Shown here: positions 18,473-26,690 of the stretch, piece after piece | Layout: the number at the start of each line of letters is the position of its first letter | Position numbering within the stretch: position 1 is the first letter of the stretch | Notes under the pieces: model-generated | Told to the model about the DNA's origin: nothing | Databases searched by the model: none | The model's input: the letters and a program-made list of their open reading frames with translations, nothing else | Assembly: GCF_034433535.1 (NCBI RefSeq) | Contig: NZ_DAOUAO010000122.1 | Location: 5,009 to 69,008 of the forward strand | DNA from: Tepidiforma sp. | GTDB taxonomy: Bacteria > Chloroflexota > Dehalococcoidia > Tepidiformales > Tepidiformaceae | Direction of reading: 5' to 3' | DNA length: 64,000 bases | Made by a program: the position numbers and the translations under genes

Positions 18473-20191
18473 TTGCCGGCGGGAGATGGGCCGCTCATGA
18501 GCGGCGGCGGGCGGCTCCCGTGGGGAGCCGGCGGCGGTCAGGTGCTGGGGCGAGGGAACAGGCGGCCAGGCGTCGGCCGGGCCGTGGCGCTCGGCGCGAT
18601 CCTGGTCGGGCTGGTTCTGCTCGGCGGGTTCGTCTTCCTTCGGGCCTGCGGCGGCAGCGAGTGCGTCGACGTCTACTGCCCTTCGGACCGTAATATCGCT
18701 GCACCTGAAGGCTATGAGTTCGCCTCGCGCATTTTCGAGCTCAACCCCGAGGCGACACCGACCCAGCCGGGCTTCGACCTCCAGGTGCAGGCGGCCCTCA
18801 CCCGTGAGGCGACCGACGGTCAGCTGCTCAGCTTCTTCCGCTACGACGAGACGGCGCAGCGCTGGGACCCCATCGCGCCGGCGGTCGTGGATGCACAGGG
18901 CCGCGTCGCGACAGCGACGTTCAAAGAGGCGCCGGCGGTGATGGCCGTCCTGCGGCGGATGACGCCGGGCGGCGTGCTGGTGGCCTATCTGCCGCACAAT
19001 GCCACGCTCCACCGGGAGGCCCAGCCGCACGTCACGATTGTCCACCCGCTCGATTTCGCCCCGAATGCCGACGGGACTATCGGGGGAGAGCTCAGTTCGA
19101 CGGTGGCCCAGGGAAGGGGGTACGAGGTGTATCCCGTCATCGCGGCGAACGCGAGCGTGCAGGGGCAGGTGGCAGTGGTGGAATCGCTGCTCGCTGATGC
19201 CCGGTCCCGGACGAACCACGTGCAGCAGATCCTCGCGAAAGTGAACGAGCTCGGGCTGCGCGGCATCGACATCGCCTACCTCGATCTGCCGGCCACGCAG
19301 CGGACGTCGTTCACCCTGTTCGTCGGCGAGCTGGCCGATGCCCTGCACGCGCAGGGGCGACAGCTCACGCTCACCCTTCCCTCGCCGATCAAGACGCAGA
19401 ACCGGATCGATGAAGGCGCGTACGACTATGCGGAGCTCGCGAAGCGCGCGGACCTGATCAAGATCGCGCCCTACCGCGACCAGGCGACCTTCCGGCTGGT
19501 CATGTCCGAGGTGCTCCAGTTCCTCACGGAGCGGGTGACGCCGTCGAAGCTGGTGCTCACCGTCTCGCCGTACTCGACCGAAACCGGGGGCGACGTGATC
19601 GGCAGGCTTACGCTGGTCGATGCGATGAATATCGCCACGCGCATCAGCGTGCGCGCGCAGGCCGAAGCGATTACGACCAGCACCCAGGTTGATGTTGCCG
19701 GGACGAACATCGACCGGGACGAGGGGCTCACGGGGCTGCGGTGGTACCCGGAGACGGCCACCGTGGCGTTCAGCTACAAGCAGCCGCAGGGCGGCGGCAG
19801 CCGGACGGTGTACATCGAGAACGTCTTCAGCATCGGCTTCAAGCTCGAGCTGATCCCGACCTATCGGCTGGGGGGTGTCGCCGTGGAAGACGCCTCTGAG
19901 AACGTGCTGCTTGGGAACATCTGGCCGGCAATCATCCCGTTCGTCACGAGCGGCCTGCCCACTCTCACGCAGCCCAACGCAGAGGACCTCAAGCCGCGCT
20001 GGGCGGCCTCGGGCGGCAACATGGAAGACACGGGACGCGGCTCAGCGCGCTGGTTCACGCCGTCGCAGCCCGGCACCTACACGATTTCGCTGACCCTGAG
20101 CGACGGCGTGGCCCTGTTCGAAAACTCGGTCGAAGTCGTCGTGCGCCAGCGCGAGGCCGCGACGACGCCGACCCCGGGGTCCGGCAACTGA
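18473..20191 (+). CDS. membrane-anchored GH18-like (chitinase-fold) protein with degenerate catalytic motif and C-terminal Ig-like domain
   Basis: N-terminal TM (AVALGAILVGLVLLGGFVFL). GH18-like layout ..LGLRGIDIAYLDL..LTLTLPSP..ADLIKIAPYRD, in which DGxDxDxE is replaced by RGIDIAYL. TTG start from the track; an in-frame ATG at 18497 is an alternative. Confidence 0.55.
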   Translation: MPAGDGPLMSGGGRLPWGAGGGQVLGRGNRRPGVGRAVALGAILVGLVLLGGFVFLRACGGSECVDVYCPSDRNIAAPEGYEFASRIFELNPEATPTQPGFDLQVQAALTREATDGQLLSFFRYDETAQRWDPIAPAVVDAQGRVATATFKEAPAVMAVLRRMTPGGVLVAYLPHNATLHREAQPHVTIVHPLDFAPNADGTIGGELSSTVAQGRGYEVYPVIAANASVQGQVAVVESLLADARSRTNHVQQILAKVNELGLRGIDIAYLDLPATQRTSFTLFVGELADALHAQGRQLTLTLPSPIKTQNRIDEGAYDYAELAKRADLIKIAPYRDQATFRLVMSEVLQFLTERVTPSKLVLTVSPYSTETGGDVIGRLTLVDAMNIATRISVRAQAEAITTSTQVDVAGTNIDRDEGLTGLRWYPETATVAFSYKQPQGGGSRTVYIENVFSIGFKLELIPTYRLGGVAVEDASENVLLGNIWPAIIPFVTSGLPTLTQPNAEDLKPRWAASGGNMEDTGRGSARWFTPSQPGTYTISLTLSDGVALFENSVEVVVRQREAATTPTPGSGN

Positions 20192-20751
20192 TGGCAACCC
20201 GGGGCGTCCGGATTGCGGGCGGAACGGCGCGGGGCGTTCCCCTCGCCGAACCCAAAGGCGTGCGGCTCCGACCGACCTCGGGACTGGTCCGCGAGGCGAT
20301 CTTCAACATCCTCGGCGAGCGCGTGCGCGGGGCACGCGTCCTCGACCTTTACGCCGGGACCGGTGCGCTTGGGATCGAGGCGCTGAGCCGGGGCGCAGCG
20401 CATGCCACCTTCGTCGAAGCCGAGGGCGCCTGCACGGCGGCCATCCTGCAGAGCCTGAGCCGCACTGGCTTCGCCGCGCAGGGCACCGTGCTGCGCGGTC
20501 GCCTGCCGGCTGCACTGACCCAGCTGGAGGGCGAATTCGACCTGATCTTCATCGACCCGCCGTACGACGACCCTGCCCGGGAGGAAGTGCTGCTTGGTTC
20601 GGTGCGGCTGCTGGCGCCCGGTGGGCTGATCGTCTTCGAGCATGCGAGCCGGTACAATCCGCCGGGACGCCCGGCAGGGCTACAGCTGCTCGAGCGGCGG
20701 ACCTACGGCGATACCGCAATCGCGCTCTACGGGCACCTGGAGGGGGAATGA
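20191..20751 (+). CDS. rsmD: 16S rRNA (guanine966-N2)-methyltransferase
   Basis: RPTSGLVREAIFNIL, LDLYAGTGALGIEALSRGA and the DLIFIDPPY motif. TGATG overlap with the upstream gene. Confidence 0.88.
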   Translation: MATRGVRIAGGTARGVPLAEPKGVRLRPTSGLVREAIFNILGERVRGARVLDLYAGTGALGIEALSRGAAHATFVEAEGACTAAILQSLSRTGFAAQGTVLRGRLPAALTQLEGEFDLIFIDPPYDDPAREEVLLGSVRLLAPGGLIVFEHASRYNPPGRPAGLQLLERRTYGDTAIALYGHLEGE

Positions 20752-21230
20752 GAATCGCAGTCTACCCGGGCGGATTCGACCCGATCACCAACGGTCACCT
20801 CGACCTGATTGTGCGGATGACGCACCTGTTCGACCGGGTGATCGTCGCCGTGGTCAAGGGACGCGATAAAGCCACGATGTTCACCTGGGAAGAGCGGATC
20901 GACATGGTGAAGCAGGCGGTCGCGAACCTGCCGACCGTCGAGGTCGAGGGGTTCGACGAGATGACGGTCGAGTTTGCGAAGCGCAAGGGCGCGGTGGCGA
21001 TTGTGCGCGGCATCCGGGCGGTCAGCGATTTCGAGGTCGAGTTCGATATGGCGATGATGAACCGGAAGATGGCGCCCCACCTCGAGTCGGTGTTTCTGAT
21101 GGCCAACCAGGAATTTCTCTACATCAGCGCGAGCAGGATTCGGGAGGTTTCGCGCTTCGGCTATGATGTTGCGGACCTTGTGCCGCCCCACGTGCGGGCA
21201 GCGATCCGCGCGAAGCTCGGGCAGGAGTAG
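20748..21230 (+). CDS. coaD: pantetheine-phosphate adenylyltransferase
   Basis: MRIAVYPGGFDPITNGHLDLI (T/HxGH motif) and ISASRIRE. ATGA overlap with rsmD. Confidence 0.95.
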   Translation: MRIAVYPGGFDPITNGHLDLIVRMTHLFDRVIVAVVKGRDKATMFTWEERIDMVKQAVANLPTVEVEGFDEMTVEFAKRKGAVAIVRGIRAVSDFEVEFDMAMMNRKMAPHLESVFLMANQEFLYISASRIREVSRFGYDVADLVPPHVRAAIRAKLGQE

Positions 21231-21232
21231 CC

Positions 21233-21766
21233 GTGAGCCCGGAAGGGCCGAACCTCGAATTCCTCGACCTCATCGACGCGCTGGAACAGCTGGTGCTGGA
21301 ATCGCGCCGGCTGCCCGTGGGTGGCAATCTCGTGGTCGACCGGAGACGGTTGCTCGACCTTGTCGACCAGCTGCGGCTGGCAATCCCCGCCGATTTGCGG
21401 CAGGCGCAACAGATTCTTGAGGCGCGACAGCAAATCCTCGATGACGCGCACCTGAGCGCGCGCAAGATGATCGAACGGGCTGAGCGCGAGCGCGCACAGC
21501 TGGTGGAGGAGCACGCCATCACGCGCGAGGCGCAGGAGCGCAGCCAGCAGATGCTGATGGACGCCGAAGCGCGCGCACGGCAAATCATTGCCGAGGCTGA
21601 CGCTACGGCTGCGGCGCACCTGAGCGAAGCGGCAGAAGCGGCGAGCAAAGAGCTCGACGATGCGGACCGGTATGCGCTTGAAGTGCTCCGCCGGCTGGAG
21701 CACCAGCTCCAGAGTTTTCTTGATTCGATCCGCGTCAGCATCGACAACCTGCAGCGCGAGCGCTGA
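21233..21766 (+). CDS. coiled-coil protein of unknown function
   Basis: GTG start 2 nt after the coaD stop. Long heptad-like Glu/Arg/Ala/Gln-rich helices (ERAERERAQLVEEHAITREAQERSQQMLMDAEARARQIIAEAD). No enzymatic motif. Confidence 0.6.
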   Translation: MSPEGPNLEFLDLIDALEQLVLESRRLPVGGNLVVDRRRLLDLVDQLRLAIPADLRQAQQILEARQQILDDAHLSARKMIERAERERAQLVEEHAITREAQERSQQMLMDAEARARQIIAEADATAAAHLSEAAEAASKELDDADRYALEVLRRLEHQLQSFLDSIRVSIDNLQRER

Positions 21767-21883
21767 GCGCGGGCTCGATATTTCAACGCGACACAGGATT
21801 GTCGCCCGTGCACACGAGCGCGTATCGTTACACTTGAGGTGCAATCAACGGCGCAGGCAAGCGCCACGGCAGGAGTTCATCAC

Positions 21884-22138
21884 ATGGCCGAATTTACTGT
21901 CATCAAAGATACGGAAGCGCCCCGCCCTGCGCGCCAGACCGGTCGGCTGGCGCCACGCATGCGGGAATATGAGAAGTACGTCGAATCGGTGCCCGCCGGG
22001 CGCGCAGGCAAGCTCGTCCCCGCCCCGGGCGAAACTCCGCGCGCCATTGCGATGCGCATCAGCCGCGCTGCACGCCGTCTTGGGAAGAGCGCCAACACCT
22101 GGGTAGTCGACGGAGTCGTGTACTTCACCGTTTCCTGA
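21884..22138 (+). CDS. hypothetical 84-aa basic protein
   Basis: ATG 21884 preceded by AGGAG (8-nt spacing). TACACT at 21829..21834 upstream and a perfect hairpin terminator downstream. No motif recognised. Confidence 0.5.
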   Translation: MAEFTVIKDTEAPRPARQTGRLAPRMREYEKYVESVPAGRAGKLVPAPGETPRAIAMRISRAARRLGKSANTWVVDGVVYFTVS

Positions 22139-22188
22139 GCGGGCAAATCGGCCGGCGTTCACACACCTGGCCCGGATGAAGGCAGGAT

Positions 22189-22223
22189 CAGAAGAGGGGT
22201 GTCGACATGACACCCCTCTTCTG
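22189..22223. terminator. bidirectional GC-rich hairpin between convergent genes
   Basis: Perfect 15-bp stem CAGAAGAGGGGTGTC / GACACCCCTCTTCTG with the 5-nt loop GACAT. Confidence 0.7.
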
Positions 22224-22290
22224 CTGGCGTAATGCTCACCAATCGACGCGTGCCAAACGCCGCTAACGGCCGGCACGGGCAGTCCAGTAA

Positions 22291-22950
22291 TTAGCGCCGC
22301 TCAGCAGCTGCAGGTTCGGCTTCGCTGGAAACCAGGGCGAACGTTGGCACCTCGCGGCGGCTGACCCGTGAAACCGGGGCAGCGGGCTCAGCCGGGGCGG
22401 GCTCCGCAGCCCTGGCGGCTGAGCGGGCAACGGTCTCGGCGGACTTCTGGGTGGTATCCACGTTGCCCGAAATGGAGGCGCCCTCTTCGACCACCAGCAC
22501 CGGGGCCTTGATGGTTCCCGTGACCACAGCGGTCGCGGCGATGGTCAGGCGGCCGGAGCAAACGATGTCGCCTTCGAGGCGCCCCTTGAGGTGGGCCTCC
22601 CGGGCCTGGACGCGGGCGCGCGCGGAGGCATCTTTCTCAAGGGTCAGGAGGCCGCGGCAGATGACTTCGCCGCTAATCGCGCCCTCGATGCGCAGGTCCT
22701 GCTCGGTCTCGAAGCGCCCATCGAACGAGGAGTGGCGATCGATCAGGCTCTCGCTCCGGACCGGCGCCTCGGCCCGGGGCTCATCGCGCTGCGGGGCCTG
22801 CTGGGTCCGGCTACCGGCCGCCGGCCGACCGTAGGCCTCGCCGGCGGAGTCGGAGGCGTAGAGGTCCGATTCGGCGGTGAAGCGTTCCCGTTCGTAGCGG
22901 GAGACGGCGTCCGGGTAGGGAGTTTCGCGGGGGGATTTTTTGATTTGCAT
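22291..22950 (-). CDS. bactofilin-family cytoskeletal protein
   Basis: Beta-helical DUF583-type core (LRIEGAISGEVICRGLLTLEKDASARARVQAREAHLKGRLEGDIVCSGRLTIAATAVVTGTIKAPVLVVEEGASISGNV) with disordered termini. Start trimmed to ATG 22950, which has an AGGAGG SD. Confidence 0.8.
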   Translation of the reverse strand: MQIKKSPRETPYPDAVSRYERERFTAESDLYASDSAGEAYGRPAAGSRTQQAPQRDEPRAEAPVRSESLIDRHSSFDGRFETEQDLRIEGAISGEVICRGLLTLEKDASARARVQAREAHLKGRLEGDIVCSGRLTIAATAVVTGTIKAPVLVVEEGASISGNVDTTQKSAETVARSAARAAEPAPAEPAAPVSRVSRREVPTFALVSSEAEPAAAERR

Positions 22951-23081
22951 AGGCCCTCCTGCCGGCGGATGCGCCTGCGGGGTGCGCTCGCCGTGCACAG
23001 GTGCAACGTACCCCCGTCGTCACCAGCAGTCCACCGGGAAATGTAAATTCCGTGTACCGAAGGACGACCTAACCTGAACGC

Positions 23082-25535
23082 CTAACTGCCCTGGACGACG
23101 ATGTTGACCAGCTTGCCCGGGACGTACACCACCCTGCGAGGCTGGTTGCCGTCGAGCAGCGCCGCCACGCGCTCGAGGCGGAGGGCCTGCTGCACGACCT
23201 CCGCCTCCGCCGCATCGGCCGGGACGACGATGCGGTCGCGCACCTTGCCGTTCACCTGCACAGCGATCTCGACTTCCTCTTCGCGGGCGAGGGCGGGGTC
23301 GGCGGTGGGCCAGCGCTGCGTGTGGATGCTGTACAGACCGCCGATGCGCTCCCAGAGCTCCTCGGTGATGTGCGGCGCGAGGGGTGCGGTGAGCAGCAGC
23401 GCGGTGCGGATGCCCTCGTTCCAGGCCGCGGCATCCACCGGTCCGGCATCGCGGGCGCGCTGGAGGGCGGAGCTGTGCTCCATCAGGCGCGAAATCATCG
23501 TGTTGAAGCGGAACTGCTCGATGTCCTCGGTTACGGCCTGGATGGTGCGGTGCGTCACCCGGCGCAGCTCCCGCGTGGCGGGGGCGTCCGGCGCCTCCGT
23601 CAGCTGCACGGGGTCGACCACCAGCGACCAGAGACGGTGGAGCCAGCGCGAGATGCCGGCCATGCCGGTGGGGTTGTACGGACCGCCCTGGTCCCACGGG
23701 CCGACAAACATCAGCTGGCAGCGGAAGCAGTCAGCGCCCCACTGGGCAACCTGCTCATCGGGGGCGACCACGTTGCCCCGGCTCTTCGACATCCGGTTGC
23801 CGTCCGGCCCGAGAATAACGCCCTGGTTGAACAGGCGGAGCATCGGCTCATCCCCTTCCACCAGGCCAAGGTCGCGAGCGGCCTTCCAGAAAAATCGCGT
23901 GTAGAGGAGGTGCATGACGGCGTGCTCGGCGCCGCCGGTGTACTGGTCGACGGGCAGCCACTTTCGGGCCAGCTCCTTGCTGAACGGCTCCCGGTCGTTG
24001 TGCGGGTCGATGTACCGCATCTGGTACCAGCTGGAGCACATGAAGGTGTCCATGGTGTCCGTCTCGCGGCGGGCCGGGCGACCATCGATGGGGCAGGGGA
24101 CGTTCACCCACTCCTCGACCTGGGTGAGCGGGGACTGGCCGGTGGGGTCGAAGCGGACGTTTTCGGGCAGGAGGACGGGGAGGTCCGACTCCGGCACGGG
24201 CACGATGCCGTGGTCGGGGCAGTGGATGATGGGGATGGGGGCGCCCCAGTACCGCTGGCGCGAGATGAGCCAGTCGCGGAGGCGGTAGGTGACGGTCGCC
24301 TGGCCGATGCCCTGCGCTTCGGCGTAGGCGATGACCTTGCGAATCGCCTCCTCCGCGGGCGTCCCGTCGAACGGGCCGGAGTTGATCATCCGGCGCCCCT
24401 TCGTGAAGGCGGCCGTCAGCGGCTTCGTGACGTCGATTTCGTCGTGGTCGAACACCGGGATAACCGGCAGGCCGAAGCGGGTCGCGAACTCGAAATCGCG
24501 CTGGTCGTGAGCCGGGACCGCCATCACGGCGCCGGTGCCGTAAGTGACGAGCACGTAGTCGGCGATCCAGATCGGGATGCGTCGGCCGTTGAACGGGTTG
24601 ATGGCATAGGCGCCGGTGAAGACGCCCGTCTTCTCCTTCTCGGTCGAAAGGCGCTCGATCTCGGTCTGGCGGCTGGCCTGGACGCGGTAGGCCTCGACCG
24701 CAGCGCGGCATTCCGGCGTGGTGATGCGCTCGACCAGCGGGTGCTCGGGCGCGAGCACCATGAAGGTGGCGCCGTAGACCGTATCCGGGCGGGTCGTGAA
24801 GACGCTGATGGGCTCGTCGATGCCCGGGACGTCGACCGGGAAGCGGAGGGTGGCGCCTTCGGAGCGGCCGATCCAGTTGGTCTGCATCACCTTGATGCGC
24901 TCGGGCCAGTCGATGCCGTCGAATTTCAAGAGCTCCTCGGCGTAGGCCGTGATACGGAAGAACCACTGGGTAAGGAAGCGGCGCTCGACGATGTCATCGG
25001 AGCGTTCGCAGCGGCCGTCGATGACCTGCTCGTTGGCGAGCACGGTCTGGCAGCCCGGGCACCAGTTGGCGGCTGCCTCGGCGCGGTAGGCGAGGCCCTT
25101 TTCGTAGAACTTGAGGAACCACCACTGGGTCCATTTGTAGTATTCGGGGTCGCTGGTGATGACTTCGCGGTCCCAGTCGAAGCCGGCCCCCATCAGGCGG
25201 AGCTGCCCGCGCATGCGTTCGATGTTGGCGTAGGTCCACGCCTTCGGGTCGACGCCGCGTTTGATGGCGGCGTTTTCGGCGGGGAGTCCGAAGGCATCGA
25301 AGCCCATCGGGAAGAGGACGTTGTAGCCCTGCATGCGGCGGTAGCGCGCGGCCGCATCGGAGGGGGCCATGGCGTACCAGTGGCCCGTGTGGAGATCGCC
25401 GGAGGGGTACGGGAACATGGTGAGCGCGTACCATTTCGGCCGCGGGTCGTCGTCCGGAGCGTGGTAGAGGCGGTCGGCGAGCCAGCGCTCGCGCCACTTC
25501 GGTTCGATCACGGACGGGTCATAACGGTCGGGCAT
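23082..25535 (-). CDS. leuS: leucine--tRNA ligase
   Basis: PYPSGDLHTGHW (HIGH-type) and RMSKSRGN (KMSKS) motifs. Start trimmed to ATG 25535 (MPDRYDPSVIEPKWRERW). Confidence 0.95.
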   Translation of the reverse strand: MPDRYDPSVIEPKWRERWLADRLYHAPDDDPRPKWYALTMFPYPSGDLHTGHWYAMAPSDAAARYRRMQGYNVLFPMGFDAFGLPAENAAIKRGVDPKAWTYANIERMRGQLRLMGAGFDWDREVITSDPEYYKWTQWWFLKFYEKGLAYRAEAAANWCPGCQTVLANEQVIDGRCERSDDIVERRFLTQWFFRITAYAEELLKFDGIDWPERIKVMQTNWIGRSEGATLRFPVDVPGIDEPISVFTTRPDTVYGATFMVLAPEHPLVERITTPECRAAVEAYRVQASRQTEIERLSTEKEKTGVFTGAYAINPFNGRRIPIWIADYVLVTYGTGAVMAVPAHDQRDFEFATRFGLPVIPVFDHDEIDVTKPLTAAFTKGRRMINSGPFDGTPAEEAIRKVIAYAEAQGIGQATVTYRLRDWLISRQRYWGAPIPIIHCPDHGIVPVPESDLPVLLPENVRFDPTGQSPLTQVEEWVNVPCPIDGRPARRETDTMDTFMCSSWYQMRYIDPHNDREPFSKELARKWLPVDQYTGGAEHAVMHLLYTRFFWKAARDLGLVEGDEPMLRLFNQGVILGPDGNRMSKSRGNVVAPDEQVAQWGADCFRCQLMFVGPWDQGGPYNPTGMAGISRWLHRLWSLVVDPVQLTEAPDAPATRELRRVTHRTIQAVTEDIEQFRFNTMISRLMEHSSALQRARDAGPVDAAAWNEGIRTALLLTAPLAPHITEELWERIGGLYSIHTQRWPTADPALAREEEVEIAVQVNGKVRDRIVVPADAAEAEVVQQALRLERVAALLDGNQPRRVVYVPGKLVNIVVQGS

Positions 25536-25626
25536 GACGTGCTCCGGGAGGGGAACGGGGTTGATCAGGTGGTCGCCCGGGCCGCTCCGGCACGGGCAGT
25601 GCGCCGAACGGCGCGCATTGTGCCGC

Positions 25627-26100
25627 TCATGATAGTCCGCCGCCCTCCTGAGCGTCAGGAGCGGCCCGCTTAGGCCGGCGCGCCCGCCTCCGGCGCCCGG
25701 TCCGGAGGACCCAATCGCTGGCTGGCGCGAGTTCGAGCAGGACGATGGTGGTTGCGGCAACGAGCACCGCGAGCAGATAGAGCCTGCTGGCGACGGCCAG
25801 GCCGATGGCGGTCATCACCCAAACCGTGGCGGCCGTGGTCACACCGCGGACGGTGCCCTGGCGCTGGAAGACGATGCCGGCGCCGAGGAACCCGATGCCC
25901 TGCACCACGGCGGCAGCGACGCGGTCATCACCCAGCAGCAGCGAGATCGAGCCGAACATGGCGGCCCCGGCGCAGACCAGCGCGTTAGTGCGGATGCCGG
26001 CTTCGTGGCCGCGATATTCGCGTTCCAGGCCGACGGCTCCGCCAAGCGCAAAGGCCAGAAGCACGCGCAGGTAGAGTTCGACCTGGTCGGCGGCGCTCAT
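25627..26100 (-). CDS. mgtC: MgtC/SapB family membrane protein
   Basis: LRVLLAFALGGAVGLEREYRGHEAGIRTNALVCAGAAMF signature. Start trimmed to ATG 26100, which overlaps the upstream stop (ATGA). Confidence 0.85.
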   Translation of the reverse strand: MSAADQVELYLRVLLAFALGGAVGLEREYRGHEAGIRTNALVCAGAAMFGSISLLLGDDRVAAAVVQGIGFLGAGIVFQRQGTVRGVTTAATVWVMTAIGLAVASRLYLLAVLVAATTIVLLELAPASDWVLRTGRRRRARRPKRAAPDAQEGGGLS

Positions 26101-26666
26101 GCGCGGTAGTGCGCGAGCAGGAGGGTTTCGAAATTCCGGTCGCGCGAGCAGACACCGCAGGTGAGGTACCACGCGTAGAGTGCGTCGGGCTTGCGGCCGT
26201 ACCGCGCGGCTGCGTCGGCTTCGAGCTGGCGAGCGGCCTTGCCCAGCTCGCCCCAGGGCGCTTCCACGAGGCGGCTGAAGGCAAAGCCGCCCGGCCGATA
26301 GAGGTCGGCATCGCGGGCGCCCGGGTCGGCCTCGACCTCGAGGAGCAGGGGGCGCCGGAAGCGCCCTTCGCCGATCAGCAGCATCGGCTGCTCGTCCCCG
26401 GGGAGGGCGATGCCGCGTTCAGCAGCGGCCGCCTTGAGTGCCGCACGGGCGGTATCGAAGCCCACCGGCACGCCGGCGACCGCAGTCACCATCGTTTTGA
26501 GAAAGGCGATATCGGACCAGTCGCTCTCGACTTCGTGCCACTCGTCCGGGTCGAGGAGCGGGCAGTCGCAGCGTGCAGGTGCCGGCGCGGGCCGTTCGTC
26601 GCTGTCGCGTTCCGTTGCACCGGCTGATTCGCCCCTGATGAGGATCCGGCGGCGTGGCTCCGTCAT
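26097..26666 (-). CDS. hypothetical protein with CxC and CxxC motifs, translationally coupled to mgtC
   Basis: 189-aa ORF with coding-like composition, ARCDCPLLDPDEWHEVESDW near the N-terminus and YLTCGVCSRDRNFETLLLAHY near the C-terminus. No family recognised. Confidence 0.6.
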   Translation of the reverse strand: MTEPRRRILIRGESAGATERDSDERPAPAPARCDCPLLDPDEWHEVESDWSDIAFLKTMVTAVAGVPVGFDTARAALKAAAAERGIALPGDEQPMLLIGEGRFRRPLLLEVEADPGARDADLYRPGGFAFSRLVEAPWGELGKAARQLEADAAARYGRKPDALYAWYLTCGVCSRDRNFETLLLAHYRA

Positions 26667-26690
26667 GGCTGGAGGATAGCAGACCGGGTC

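Noticed and set aside
25536-25626. Possible T-box leaders upstream of leuS, and likewise upstream of serS and lysS.
   Set aside because: Only 91 nt (leuS), 0 nt (serS) and 87 nt (lysS, mostly a terminator hairpin) are available. That is too short for a specifier/antiterminator architecture, and no T-box sequence (AAnnnGGTGGTACCGCG-like) was seen.
23322-25673. 783-aa plus-strand ORF.
   Set aside because: Antisense to leuS, which has HIGH and KMSKS motifs. Composition is Gly/Arg/Asp/Val-rich with no recognisable domain.
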